A stretch of DNA of 63,328 bases, counting the filler, from Reticulomyxa filosa (Eukaryota > Protista > Foraminifera), in the NCBI GenBank assembly GCA_000512085.1. It is 23 parts of 23 records of this genome, joined end to end, with 100 filler letters (N's around TTAATTAATTAA, not from the genome) between each part and the next. Parts side by side here need not be neighbours in the genome. Positions count along the whole stretch, not along the records: positions 22,461 to 24,613 come from ASPP01005955.1; positions 24,714 to 26,153 come from ASPP01001423.1; positions 26,254 to 27,330 come from ASPP01001736.1; positions 27,431 to 31,162 come from ASPP01039822.1; positions 31,263 to 32,845 come from ASPP01013826.1; positions 32,946 to 34,779 come from ASPP01041300.1; positions 34,880 to 36,611 come from ASPP01021563.1; 16 more parts are not named here. One strand, written 5' to 3'. Below are positions 23,490 to 35,689 of the stretch, in pieces (positions within the stretch are counted from its first letter, which is position 1; the number at the start of each line of letters is the position of its first letter). Made by a program: the position numbers and the translations under genes. Below the pieces are notes generated by a model, which worked only from the letters and a program-made list of their open reading frames with translations, was not told the DNA's origin and ran no database searches.

Positions 23490-24385
23490 CGGAAAAAATG
23501 ATTTGTTTGTGAGTCTCCAAATTGAATATGAGATTCCTGGATTGATGCATTGCTTAACAGCTGGGACTGGTTAACTGTTGGTAACTTTTTAAAAGCCGAA
23601 ATAAATGTAGTTTCATAGGAAATGGCGCCAACACTTGGATTCAAGCACATTTCCTTTGAGGACAGTCAAATAAACAAGTAGCAAGGGTATGGTTCGAAAC
23701 GCTAAAAAAAAAAAAGACACGAAACTAGTAATTCAGCTTTTTGAACGCTTCGCCGCTGAACACCAGTACAAGGATGGTGAACATTTACATTTTGTGAAGT
23801 AGTTTTCCATTCATTTTTGTCATCCCCAACTTTCCAGCTTGTTGCAACAAGTAACTTTTTGTCAACGGAGTTGTGTACACATTCTTTGTTTCTATCCCCA
23901 CAAGGGGCTTGGCAGTGCCGTAGTTTTGAATTGTGAGAAAATTTTTGTTTTTCAAGAGGATGAAAGTTTTTGCACGTTGGTTCAGAACACGACCAATCAC
24001 ACATATTATCCCCCAGCACAATTATACTTTTTAGTCTATCGGTTTTCATTTCGTTTTCTGTCTCGTGGTTGCTTGTTGCTGAATTAATATTTTTTTAGAA
24101 AAATCACATCAGTTTTTTTTTGTTGTTGTTACGTTGCCATTGTTAAAACAAACCAGTTGGAAATGGCCGTCTGGCAAGACTAGAAGTTTGATATGGAGTC
24201 AGTTCATTTTCTGTCCATGCTAGCGAAACATTACTTTTATATGGATTATTGTTCATTTGCTCTGTGTGTATTTTCTTGAGCGCCATGTATGACGATCTTT
24301 GAGTGGAATTACGCTGAATCCACTTTTTTCGTCAGCGATGGACACACTCTGTGGATTTTTGGAGAACTTTGCCATGAGACCACAA
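23490..24385 (-). CDS. Unidentified multi-exon gene or pseudogene with CCCH-like Cys/His clusters
   Basis: CDWSCSEPTCKNFHP and CQAPCGDRNKECVH lie in ORF 23702-24049. Flanking exon-like segments contain stops. Confidence 0.3.
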
Positions 24386-24713
24386 TCCAAAAAATAAAAT
24401 AAAATAAAATGAAAAAAAAAAGACAAAATATGGAATTATGAGTTTTAAAATCAGAGGGAAATGCTACCATACTAACTAATGCAAATTTATATACTGATAA
24501 GAACAAACACACCAAGTTCGGTCGCACTTCTCTTTGTGTTTAAGGTTAGACGCGGCCAACAAAGTTTTTTTTTTGTGATAATTAGTTTGAAATGTCGGCC
24601 AAAAAAAAAAAAANNNNNNNNNNNNNNNNNNNNNNNNNNNNNNNNNNNNNNNNNNNNTTAATTAATTAANNNNNNNNNNNNNNNNNNNNNNNNNNNNNNN
24701 NNNNNNNNNNNNN

Positions 24714-26153
24714 AATTTCATTAACATTATATTTCCATGAATTGATATCAAATATAATTTTTTGTGCTGCACAATATTCTTGACAAGATTTATGTACAAA
24801 TTGATATTTATTATCACCAATGCATATTTTGAGATGATATCGTCGTTGAAATACTTTTCCCAATATTTTGCATTTTTATAATGGTGTATTGATTTCATTT
24901 GTTTTTTTTACATTTTCTCAATCATATTTTGGTTTTTGTCATTATCTCTCAATGTTGTCCTTTTTTCATCCATCTTCATGTCTGCTTTTTCATTTGCACT
25001 TTTAATCTCTATTTTTATTTTTGGATCCAATTTGTCCAAGATTTTATCGTTGCCAAATTTTATATCATTATTTTCTGTTGCAACTTGATTTCCTTGGTCC
25101 TACAATGCTTCTTCTAAATGACGACAAAATAGACTTTTACCTGATCCTGATTTTCCTTGTAATATTATCACTTATTGTTCATTTTTTTTCTCTTCTTTTT
25201 CTTCTTTTAATAAATCAATTATATATTGGTGACAATCATGTGCATCATTTTTTTTTATTATCATCATCGACAGTACATGGATAATTGTTTGCATGTAATG
25301 AAATATATGTTTCGAGTGCTTGCAACATTGTTGTATCTTCTTCCAATTATTGTTTTCTTAATTCTTTTAATAATGATATAACATCAGCACAATTTGCAGT
25401 GTTCATTTCACCCATAATATATTTCTTAAAATACTCAAATAAAATAACATAAATAGCTTGCCCTTTCATTTTTGTTGGATTGAATTTACAAAGTTAATTA
25501 TCTATAAACTTAGTTAATTTTAATGAGATATCATTTTTGACATTGATTTTACAAATTATATCATCGATCTTTGTTAATGTTTTATCACTTGCTTGTTTTA
25601 ATTCTTCTCCCATTTGATTATTAGGTTTCCATGCTCGAATATGTTCATAACAGTATATCCTTCTAATATTGTGAAATTTTTTAACGTTACTTGCATTTCA
25701 ATATATACATCATGTTTTGGAACATACAATTTAATATTATGAAATCGATGATGTGTCTTTGATTGTGTGAAATCCTTATCTTCAGATACAATCAAATTGA
25801 ATTGCTATGCTTTCTTCATCACTGCAAGTGCTGTTTGTAGTTTAGTAGGGTTATCACATAAAATTGTAAATTATCCAATATCAAATTATTGATTAAAATC
25901 ACACCATAATCTGCTTGAGTCTTTTACAATAGTCTTTCATTCCTTTCAAACTAGATGGCTTCACAACGGTAATTTCATATTTTTGTAATTCTGTTACCAA
26001 ATTGCATGTTCACAAATCTTCAATATTCTTTGCATATTGTCTAATTTTATTTGCTTTCAATTCATAAGAAAATCCAGATTTGATTGAATATGAACATTGA
26101 TAATTGTCATTCACATGTATTGAATCACCACTTGCACAAATAAAATGTTCAGC
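24714..26153 (-). pseudogene. NLR-like pseudogene: RelA/SpoT-like nucleotidyltransferase followed by a NACHT NTPase (internally deleted)
   Basis: Translation across lesions gives LKGM/ERLL*KTQADYG/DFNQ*FDIG*FTILCD...HHRFHNIKLY...VYIEMQVT.../YEHIR. Next is Walker A VIILQGKSGSGKSLFCRHL (about 25133-25156), then the NACHT winged-helix motif YQFVHKSCQEYCAA (about 24765-24806). Confidence 0.78.
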
Positions 26154-26253
26154 NNNNNNNNNNNNNNNNNNNNNNNNNNNNNNNNNNNNNNNNNNNNTTA
26201 ATTAATTAANNNNNNNNNNNNNNNNNNNNNNNNNNNNNNNNNNNNNNNNNNNN

Positions 26254-26747
26254 GTCCAACGTATTCTTTTTCTACTTCAATTTCTTTTTCTGCTTGACCC
26301 CCTTTTCGATTTCTTCATTCTTCTCATTGTCTTTATTTTTATCTTTATCATTGTCATTGTCATTATCATTATCGTCATTGTCATTATCATTATCGTCATT
26401 ATCATTGTCGTTATCGTTATCATCGTCGTTGTTGCTTCCATCGACGCTCTCCCTTTCTTGATTGGGTGAACTCACGTCGTCATTATCCTCCTTTTGCTCC
26501 AATGCCAGCAAATTCCCCTCCGACAAACTTCGCAACCCCTCTCGCGTCTTCTCTTCGTCAATTATGCTGCGTTTACGTGCTTGTGTTGTCTCAATAAATT
26601 GCTTCTTTTCTTGGCTTGTTTCATACGGGATTTCACGTTTTTCCCACCTATTGCAAACTTTTTTCGGACATTCTTTGCTCCCATACGCTGGATAAACATA
26701 TTATTTGCAAGTGAAGGATTTGGAGAAGCTTCAACAAACGAGTTCAT
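26254..26747 (-). CDS. 5' part of a low-complexity (D/N-rich) protein gene with an apparent frameshift
   Basis: ATG at 26747. Two overlapping frames meet near homopolymer runs. (DN)n repeat at 26340-26430. Confidence 0.4.
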
Positions 26748-27430
26748 GGTTAGAGTTAGAAGAGTTAAGCGTTAATTGCAAATGCTATTATTTTGTTCTC
26801 TTTTTTTTTTGTTTTTTCCTCCTTTCGCTAAACTCTCCGAGACTTGAATAAATAAACAAAACAGAGACAAAAAAGTCGGTTTATAAAGTGGCATTATAGT
26901 TTTGTCCTTTTTTTAAATTATTGTGGTTTTCAATATAACATTTAATTCAATCTCCAAAAACATAAAGCATATTCTCTTTCATATGTCATTAATTTTTTAA
27001 ATAAAATTTATGCATGTTAACACCAATTTTTTAGTTGTACCATACTTTTTGCTTTTAAACGCTGTTATTTATAATACTTATTTTTTTTTAAACAGTGATT
27101 TTAAAAGATGTCGATAGAAACCTTTTCAAATCTACAGTAATTTGTTAAGAATTAGTTAGAAGTGCTTCTCTTTGTAAAATTGGTTATCTATGTGTAGTAT
27201 TTGATTAAACATTGTTAAAAAACTTAGTATATTCAATTAACTTAAATTAAGTTGCAACAAAATAAAAGAGTGAAAAGATTTTAACATTGCCAAAAAAGTA
27301 TAATTAACATTAATAATGATAGCTGGGCTANNNNNNNNNNNNNNNNNNNNNNNNNNNNNNNNNNNNNNNNNNNNTTAATTAATTAANNNNNNNNNNNNNN
27401 NNNNNNNNNNNNNNNNNNNNNNNNNNNNNN

Positions 27431-30430
27431 GTCTTCAATGACTTTGTCAGTAATTCATTCCATTTATCAATTTTCTGATTGATTTTATGATTGAACAGTT
27501 GGATCCAAACTTGCAAAGATGACTCCGACTCTGACTGCCTCTGTTCGCGTATTGTTCGAATATTTTCCAATAATTGTTCGGTCAATTCAATTACTTTATC
27601 ACTAATGAAATTATCTTCCAGTGAAACCTCCTTTATTTTTTTTTAAACAAGCAAACAAAAAATACATTTGTAGATTTTTTTGTTTGCATGTCTTACCCTG
27701 CAAACAAAAGAAAATATTGACAAAACATTCCAAAGGATGTTAATTAAACATGACATTATTTTCTCGCAATAAAATATGTTGTTAATGTATCGTTCAATTG
27801 TCGTCAGCAAATCATCATCACTTTTCCAACTGTTTTTTTTTATTGTTTGTAATTTTTTTGACTTTAGACTCTGTTCATCCAATGAAGAAAAAAAAAAGGA
27901 TATATTACATATTTTTTTGCGTTTGGATAAAACCAAAGAAATCAAAGAGATGCTGAGATGAGGTTGTCACCAATTGTCGAAATGTGCTATTGACTTTGAA
28001 ATTCTTGAAAAAAGTGGATCGAACTTTGTCGTCTTCAAAAATATTAACAATTTGAAGTCGCTCAATAAATTTATTCCACATCGAAAAATCATTTTGAAAT
28101 GCAATGCACATAACTCGCCAACATTTGTCACCATTGTCCGATTGACAAATATTGTTCCATATCTCTTCACTTTGTGCAAATAGAAACTCCAAAACAGATT
28201 GACACAAGCGACTTTCATCGGAATAGTGCTGCAGCAATTTAATCACATACATCTCTACCTGGTGTCTTTGTACGCGTGCGTATGGATTGGATGACTGCGC
28301 AACCGCGTCATTTCCCATTTTGAGAAGAGTTAAATCAGTATCTAAAATTGATGTGACTTTTTTGTCAAGATCGTCGTATTTACCCTCCCAAACACTACCT
28401 TCCTCAAATTTGCTGGGAAAGCTGCTAATCAAGGGATTCTTTTCATGTAAAAACGACAAATAATTGACGCATGGAAGGAGGAAAATGAATTGTAGCTTTG
28501 AAAGACGTCGACAGCAATGCTCCTGCAAATCTCTTAACAACACGTTGCGAACTACATCGTCATTTTGAGGAGACTTGTTTTGAATAAGCCTTTGGACAAC
28601 AACAAATAACTGCCAAGGAGATAATAATTCTTTTTTTATTGTCGCATTTTCACTGGCTTCTGCCAGGGTACGTAGCAATAGGTATTGAAGTATCTTTTTT
28701 TTTTTTTTTTAATTGATATGTTTTAATAAAGAAAAATTTATTATAGACAAACCGATGTCAAATTGCTGACAGACTTCTCCAAATCTTTTGTGATAACTTC
28801 CAAGATATTACAAAACGATTCTGGTAATGCTTTTTCAATAACTGCACTTAGGTAATTTTTTGCTTGAATTGTAAATTCCAAAGATGGCCAATCTGTAATA
28901 TTGTCCATCAAATGCTTAAACACAGTGATCTCAAATGTGATTGGCACTCTTTCTTTTGGCGGTCGGAGGAAATACACGTTACACTTGTCATCTACATGGT
29001 ACCATATGCTGTTGTATTGAAATGAAATTGGACTTCTTGTCCACCTGAAAATCTCCAACAAAGGTATTATCACCAATCTTTTGCAAGGGACGCTCTAAGA
29101 AATTATTTATGTGTTGAAAATATCTACTGAAAAAAAAAAAAAATGGGGTAATATTTCATTTACAAAAAAATCAACTTTGTTTATCATCTGAAAATGAAAT
29201 AGCAGGTTGGTCAATTTGTGTCACGAAAGCATACATTCGAAAAAGTCGGGTTTGCTTTATGGTGTGATTACAGTGGATAATAATTTGTGTACACTCTTTC
29301 AACAAAGTTTTTGTATCCACATTTTCGACGAGTTCTTGAAATTTTTGCACAATAAGTTGTAACGGTGGCACCTCTGTTGTATGCTTTTGCTGGAAAGATT
29401 CTTCTGCCAATCTGTCTAAAATCTCTTGTGGTATTGCACATCGACATTTCAAACACTCCTCCACGACTTCTTTGATGGCACTTAGATCGCAATGTCTATC
29501 AGGTGTCTCTGATATGTGTTACACAAGCCCATACTATTACACAGTTTTACAAGTCTTTTTTTTGTATTAAAAACGGAAAAACTGTTGCAATCGTCAATGC
29601 ATTCCTTCCATTGCTCTAGCTTCCACTTCACACTACCCGAAGGCGGGATTACTTTCATTTGTCGACTGCACTCAATTCAACATAAAAAAAAACAGGTACA
29701 TTTGTTAAGTGTGTATATATGTATACGTTTTTTTTGAACAAAAACAAAACCATTCAAAAAAAAAACAAAACAGTGGATTGTGTGGCACTATCTTCAAATC
29801 TTTGGGATGCCATTCATTATTTACAAATCGCAATCGAAATCTCACTGTATCCCCTTCTCTTGGATGAACCTCATTTCTTGATTCTTTCCCATACTTTCCA
29901 TAACACCACCTATTGTCGCATTTGTTAAACAGCAATCAGTATGTTACCCTTTAAACTAACGTATAAAAAACGACTCCAAAATTATTCAAGCATATAACAT
30001 AATTGAACCATTTTGTTTCATGTTACATACTTTTTCACGCTTTTCACTTGGATAAGTGGAAAAAGGAACAACTTCTACTGTCGATTCCTTGCTTGATACA
30101 CACACTTTTCCAGAATATAATTTTGGTAATTTCATTTCTTTTACTGTCACTGTATTATTTTTATCTATTGCATATATGCATTCCATTTCATCACCTGTTT
30201 CGCATCTCAAGTCTTCCCATTTCTCATCATTTTGATCAAGTTCGATCTTTATACCACACTATTTTAAATCATTTTTATTGTTTTCTTTGAAAAGAGTATT
30301 TGTTTTGGTTGAATTTTCGTTTAAGAAGTGTTGCTACCTTCAACAGTGCCTGCACAGTGGAAGATTCGATCGAAATCACAACAGTTTCTTTGTTTTCTGA
30401 AGTTTCATTCTCATTTTTTTCGTCCTCCAT
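27431..30430 (-). CDS. 5' part of a large multi-exon protein: N-terminal OB-fold/cold-shock-like repeats, then an alpha-helical region
   Basis: ATG at 30430 with an in-phase GT-AG first intron. LRCETGDEMECIYAIDKNNTVTVKEMK and HPREGDTVRFRLRFVNNEWHPKDLKIV resemble CSD/OB strands. Later exon ORFs: 29171-29464, 28741-29076, 27905-28678 and 27431-27625. Confidence 0.65.
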
Positions 30431-30824
30431 TTTTCGTTTGGCTCTATTGATAGTTTTTCTTTGTCTGAGAGTTAACTCAACACAACTTTACTTCTTTATT
30501 TGATGATATCTTTAAAACTTATATGATCTATGGAACGTAAAAAAAATGAATAGCTTATTGAAACTGCCTATATTTTCTCACGCAGCAAGACAAAGATTTT
30601 AAATATTTTTAATTTCCAGGATTCTAAGATTGCGTAAGTTAAAAAACAGTTTTATTTTCTGAAAAATGCCTTAACAATACTTCAAAAAATTTCACTGTCT
30701 AGCACAGTGAAAAGAAAGTTCGTTAACGGCTAGAAAGTTTAAAAGTGTTTAGTTTTAAATCTATTGGGGTGACCTGTTATCATTTTAATTCTTCAGCTTC
30801 ATAGAACCAGATTTTTCATCAAGT

Positions 30825-31046
30825 ATGAGTCTTGAACGTGCTTTGGGAATCATTGACAGTTTATTGGAGGTTCTTGACGAGGCTGACAAACGCCAGTCCC
30901 ACACAAAGGAATCATGCACAAGTGCAGAAATCAAAAAAGCCGCCCCTGCAAAGCCATTTGAATATTTCACGAGCTTGGATGACATTGAAGAGTCCCAGTT
31001 GGTTCAAATTACCTCTGATTTTGCACTTTTGCAAGAAAAGTGGAAA
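30825..31046 (+). CDS. First exon of an unidentified gene, head-to-head with the 30430 gene
   Basis: MSLERALGIIDSLLEVL...LQEKWK, followed by a GT donor. Confidence 0.55.
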
Positions 31047-31319
31047 GTAGCAGGCTTGGCTGAAAACGGTTTGAAATCCGAATCTCTCTTCATTCACTTT
31101 CAAACATCTCCAACAAACAAAAAAAAACACGCCAGCAAAAGGGAAAGGAGAGAAAAAAAAGGNNNNNNNNNNNNNNNNNNNNNNNNNNNNNNNNNNNNNN
31201 NNNNNNTTAATTAATTAANNNNNNNNNNNNNNNNNNNNNNNNNNNNNNNNNNNNNNNNNNNNGAAAAAAACACGGAAATGCAACAATACAAATACATTTG
31301 AAAAAATTACTTAACGATC

Positions 31320-31641
31320 ACTTGCTTTGCGGTCAACGATTTTGGGCCGACAATGATCGCGGGTTTTGCACTGCAGTTGCAAAACTGATTTCATACAAAG
31401 TGTCTTGGTCACGCTCGCCTGCTAAAATTGCGCCAAATCCTCCGTCATATTTTTTTTTCTCCAATTTACAGGGCCAGGGCAGATGATAATAGGCGTACTT
31501 TTCCGTTGGATTGTAAAATGGGTCCACATTTGACGCCACCACTTTTATTGGATCACCCACTTGGTAATGTCCGTTATGAGCGGCTTCATTTGAACGAATA
31601 TTCACAAGCCACGTCAAAAAAACAAAAAATGTAGCAAGCAT
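31320..31641 (-). CDS. TM9SF1: Transmembrane 9 superfamily (nonaspanin/EMP70) protein, N-terminal exon
   Basis: Signal peptide, then HYQVGDPIKVVASNVDPFYNPTEKYAYYHLPWPC...FGAILAGER...LYEISF, matching the TM9SF1/3 lumenal domain. Confidence 0.85.
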
Positions 31642-32094
31642 GGCGGGTAGCGGTTGAGTTTTTGTCGTGATAAAGTTTTTTGTCACGTTTGGATCACTTG
31701 AAAACTACTCTTTGCGTTTCTGCGTACGCTTTGATCTTCTCTAGATGTATTTCAAGCTCAAAGTACAACGTACTTGCTCCTAAAAAAAGACAATAAGTTG
31801 CGAAAAACAATAAATTAGTATTAAAATCTTGTTTTGTTGCATGTGCTTTATCACAATTTTTTTAATTGAGTGAAATGGCACTGCCAAACTAGTTTCGTGA
31901 TAACGTAAACTATGTTATTTTCAAAAAAAGTTTCGAACGACCAAGCATTGGCAGTTGAGCAAGATGTATTGTGGCGACAACTGGCCTCCAAAAAAAGTAT
32001 TTTGACGTACACTAGTTTTTGTGAAAGAAAACGGTGACAGACGTGGTTGGACTATTGAAGTGAACCTTTTTTCGTTACGTCATTCGAGTTGGTC

Positions 32095-32757
32095 ATGACA
32101 TCCAAGCATAGCAACGAAGAAGCTCTTGATGGATGGGTTATCTTGGAGCACTTGGATACGGCCACACATACTGTTTGTTGTCATAAAATATTTCACTAAT
32201 ATCTGTGTTTGGATGGTTCTATTTTTTGATTGCTTGTACAATGCCGAGCGTAGTGGTACCCCTCAAAAAAAAAAAAAAGTGTGTCTGTGAATTGCGATCG
32301 TTGTCTTGCATATAAATATTTCCTTCAGGGCGTTCGAGACTATTTAGTATCCCACTTATATAAAATTTCGGATGATGATATAGACTTTTTTCTGCCTCAA
32401 ATATGGTATGAGAATTTTCTTTGTGCATTCAAAGGCTTCTTTTTCATCCGTTTGGTGTTATTTTACCACTTTTTTTTTTTGTTATTTTTATTTTTTAATA
32501 ACTTGATCTTATCTATTGGTAATTGGGTATATCCATTGTGAAATAGTGTGTGTGTTTTGTAATGTGGGAAGCACGTTGTTGATAAATCGAGGCACAGAAC
32601 TATCCCAAGGTTTGGAAGCATTCTTATTGCACAAGTGTATGGAAAGCATTCACTTTGCAATAAAGTGCTTTTGGAACTTGCATGCTATCCAATACTACGC
32701 AACAAAAGACCGGCAACGTCAGAGAAGTGAGCAATTGCGTACCACTTTAGAAGTTTT
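32095..32757 (+). CDS. PI4KB: Phosphatidylinositol 4-kinase III-beta, N-terminal PIK helical domain (partial)
   Basis: GVRDYLVSHLYKISDDDIDFFLPQI and LEAFLLHKCMESIHFAIKCFWNL match the PI4KB/Pik1 helical domain. Confidence 0.8.
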
Positions 32758-32964
32758 GTAAGGATTTTTTTTTTGAAGAGAAGGAGGTGTTAATCCCCCT
32801 TTTTTTTTTTTTTTATTTAAAAAAAAAAAAGGGGGACAAAAGGGGNNNNNNNNNNNNNNNNNNNNNNNNNNNNNNNNNNNNNNNNNNNNTTAATTAATTA
32901 ANNNNNNNNNNNNNNNNNNNNNNNNNNNNNNNNNNNNNNNNNNNNCCAGTAAAAAGGAGATTGC

Positions 32965-33461
32965 TTATTTTTGATATTGTTTCAAAGCTTCTTTCATGTG
33001 CTTGACACGATAAGCAAGCTGATCTCTTTCTGTTGTTAACTTGCTATTATCTTCTTCCAGCTATTGTTTACATTCATTAACATTCACACGCATATTCAGC
33101 ACGAGGAAAAAGACACAAATCGAAAAACAACAAACACGTACATTTTTAATTTTGTTTTCCAATCCTGCCACTTCTTCTCTCAGTTTTGTGAGCTTTGTGA
33201 TGATGTGCTGTTTTGTGGAGGAATCAATTTCTCCTATTGGTGGTGCTGTGACAAAAAAAAGAATGCACTCGCCGGCGAAATTTCGGACATGATTCAGAAA
33301 TTTGCGCAGAAATTTTGCAAGAAAATAGTATTCTCCTAACCTGCTCCGCCAGCATTTTTGATGGCTTCGATTTGTTTTTGTAATGCCTGTGTCAATTTTT
33401 CGGCTCTATCAGCTCGTTCAAAAAAAAGACGTAATTGTTCTTCCGTTAATTGGGTAGCCAT
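32965..33461 (-). CDS. Complete three-exon gene for a coiled-coil protein of about 105 aa
   Basis: Splices in phase to MATQLTEEQLRLFFERADRAEKLTQALQKQIEAIKNAGGA/APPIGEIDSSTKQHIITKLTKLREEVAGLENKIKN/LEEDNSKLTTERDQLAYRVKHMKEALKQYQK*. It is absent from the ORF track. Confidence 0.8.
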
Positions 33462-33828
33462 GTTGATATGAACTTTGTTTCTTTAGAGAATTTTTCCTTT
33501 TTTCCTTTAAACTTTTTCCCAACAAAAAGAAAACAAATTAAGTTTCTTTGTAGTTGCGTAAAACTGCGGTAGGTTTAGTTAATGATAGCACAGTTTATCT
33601 TTTCAGTTTTTTGTTTTGAGAAATTTGCTTATCTGAAGAAAACGAATTATTTAATGTTCAAAGATGCCTACTCAATATATTTTAAACATTTTCTTTCATT
33701 TTTTCAATATTAAAGCTAGCATTTGTGACCAGTTTCAATAATTGAGCACTATATTGTTTATTCATCGCTAAAGAATTCCCATCAACAAAAGCAGCCCTTA
33801 CCAGAATTCATTTAGGTAAACAGAAATT

Positions 33829-34779
33829 TCAAGACAAGTCTGACCAAAAATCAGGCCATTCCACCAAATACACTTCTATCTCTTTCACTTTGAAATTTCT
33901 TGCACCTGCCAGTCTTGTATTGTCACTTGGACCATTGTAACTGTATGGATTGCAGTAATTATTTGTATTTGAATTGCAATTGTCAGAAATGTGGAAGTCA
34001 TGTCCACCACCTATAATAAAAATGGTGTGAAAACAATAACAAAAAAACATTTGAACATAAATATTGTTATCAATCCTATTTTTTTATTTTTTTATGTTTT
34101 ACTTTCTTACCAAATGTTGGACCATATGATGAATAGTCATAGATTGCATGTTGTTCTTGTCCAGATTTGATAGTGAATTTTTGAGGATTGTCACCTTTTC
34201 CACTTCTCAACAAATACACAAATGCTCCTGCATCATTTGCGTAAGTATTTCTACTCGTCCATTGCAAATTAGTAAAACCACCAAAAACATGATTGAATTG
34301 ATCAGATAATACAATTGTAACTGTTGCTCCTTTGTTATCACATTTTTCATGAAAATCACTTACTCCAAATCCATCACGACTTCCACGATATAATAATGTC
34401 ACTTTACTTTCTTTTCCTTTTGGTAAAAATGAAAGCAATGTATTTATTTCATTATTGTTTATTATTTTGGAGTATGATAAATTTTGATCGATTCGCAACG
34501 TAATTGATTTTGAGAAAGAAGTAAAAGAAATTCCTTGACAGAATGATGCTCTCATTCTCAATGAATGATTTTTATTCCATTCCAATAGATTATCTTTTTC
34601 ATCTCCAAAATCAATTGTTCCATTTGATTGATTAAGTACTGCTGGAATCTCTTTAATTATTTTCCATTTGAATTGTTGATTATCATTGTTATCATTGTCA
34701 TCAAATGATAATATTTCCAATTGATACAAATAATCATTTTTCCATTGTTTATTTACTTTTTCAATACTATATTTCATGG
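33829..34779 (-). CDS. TLDc-domain protein, 3' part
   Basis: LLYRGSRDGFGVSDFHEKCDNKGATVTIV...VFGGFT...YGPTFG, an intron, then GGHDFHISDNCN...LAGARNFKVKEIEVY. Confidence 0.9.
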
Positions 34780-34879
34780 NNNNNNNNNNNNNNNNNNNNN
34801 NNNNNNNNNNNNNNNNNNNNNNNTTAATTAATTAANNNNNNNNNNNNNNNNNNNNNNNNNNNNNNNNNNNNNNNNNNNN

Positions 34880-35118
34880 GTCGAGGAGACAATCAGATTC
34901 TCAGGAAAATATAATGCCAAAAATGTATTACAATGAGAATGATCTACATGAATTGATATTAAATGATAAAATATAAAAAAAAGTGAAGAAATTATATTAT
35001 AATGATAGTCATAAGCATATGAGATATTTACTTCAATTACATGAAATTTGTGCAATGTTATTGTATTGCGGTAAATCATGTAATGGTCAATTCAGCTATG
35101 ATCAAATTTAGGCATCAT
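34880..35118 (+). pseudogene. Fragment of an expanded family, possibly the helical part upstream of an ADP-ribosyltransferase domain
   Basis: LLQLHEICAMLLYCGKSCNGQFSYDQI*. The family is recognised from memory only, and the catalytic part is absent. Confidence 0.3.
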
Positions 35119-35689
35119 ATATAGCCTTACAAAATTTGTTTCAGTGCTGTCTCAACGATGCAAAGGAGGGGGTATGTAGTGATACTACTTACGCCACAAT
35201 GGAGTCAGTATGACTCCAAATATACAAATTGTTCTTTTTTATTTAAATTCAAAAACACATTCTTACTTTTTTTTAAAACGTGCTTTTCCGCTCCATGCTC
35301 TCTAAACATGCGTTGAGCCACATATCACACACGTTGACCTTTTAGAAAACACATGAACGTTTGGATGAAAAAATTTTGACCAAAAAATGTGCGACTTTTT
35401 GGACAATTGTAACTTGGCAAAGACTGTGCTTTCCCTTTCTCGAGAGACGCTTCGCCCTCCGGCGAATTGGAAGGAAAAAGTTGGGGACGGTGACTTTTAC
35501 ATCCAATGGCACGTATGATAATTGTTCAAATGTACGAGCTATTTTAACTTTTTTTACATATCAAAAAAAATTCTGTCAATTTCATATTTTTTTTTACATT
35601 TTGATTTTTCTTATAGGGAAAGTTGATAATTCACATAAATACTGTTTTAGTGTGTATATAAAACAGACTAACTTAAAATTTTTTTCCTT

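Noticed and set aside
23680-23702. tRNA T-loop-like GGTTCGAAAC
   Set aside because: No cloverleaf can be formed around it.
24714-26153. Stop-codon reassignment or editing to explain the in-frame stops
   Set aside because: All three stop types occur together with frameshifts and deletions, and intact genes here read with the standard code. This is ordinary pseudogenisation.
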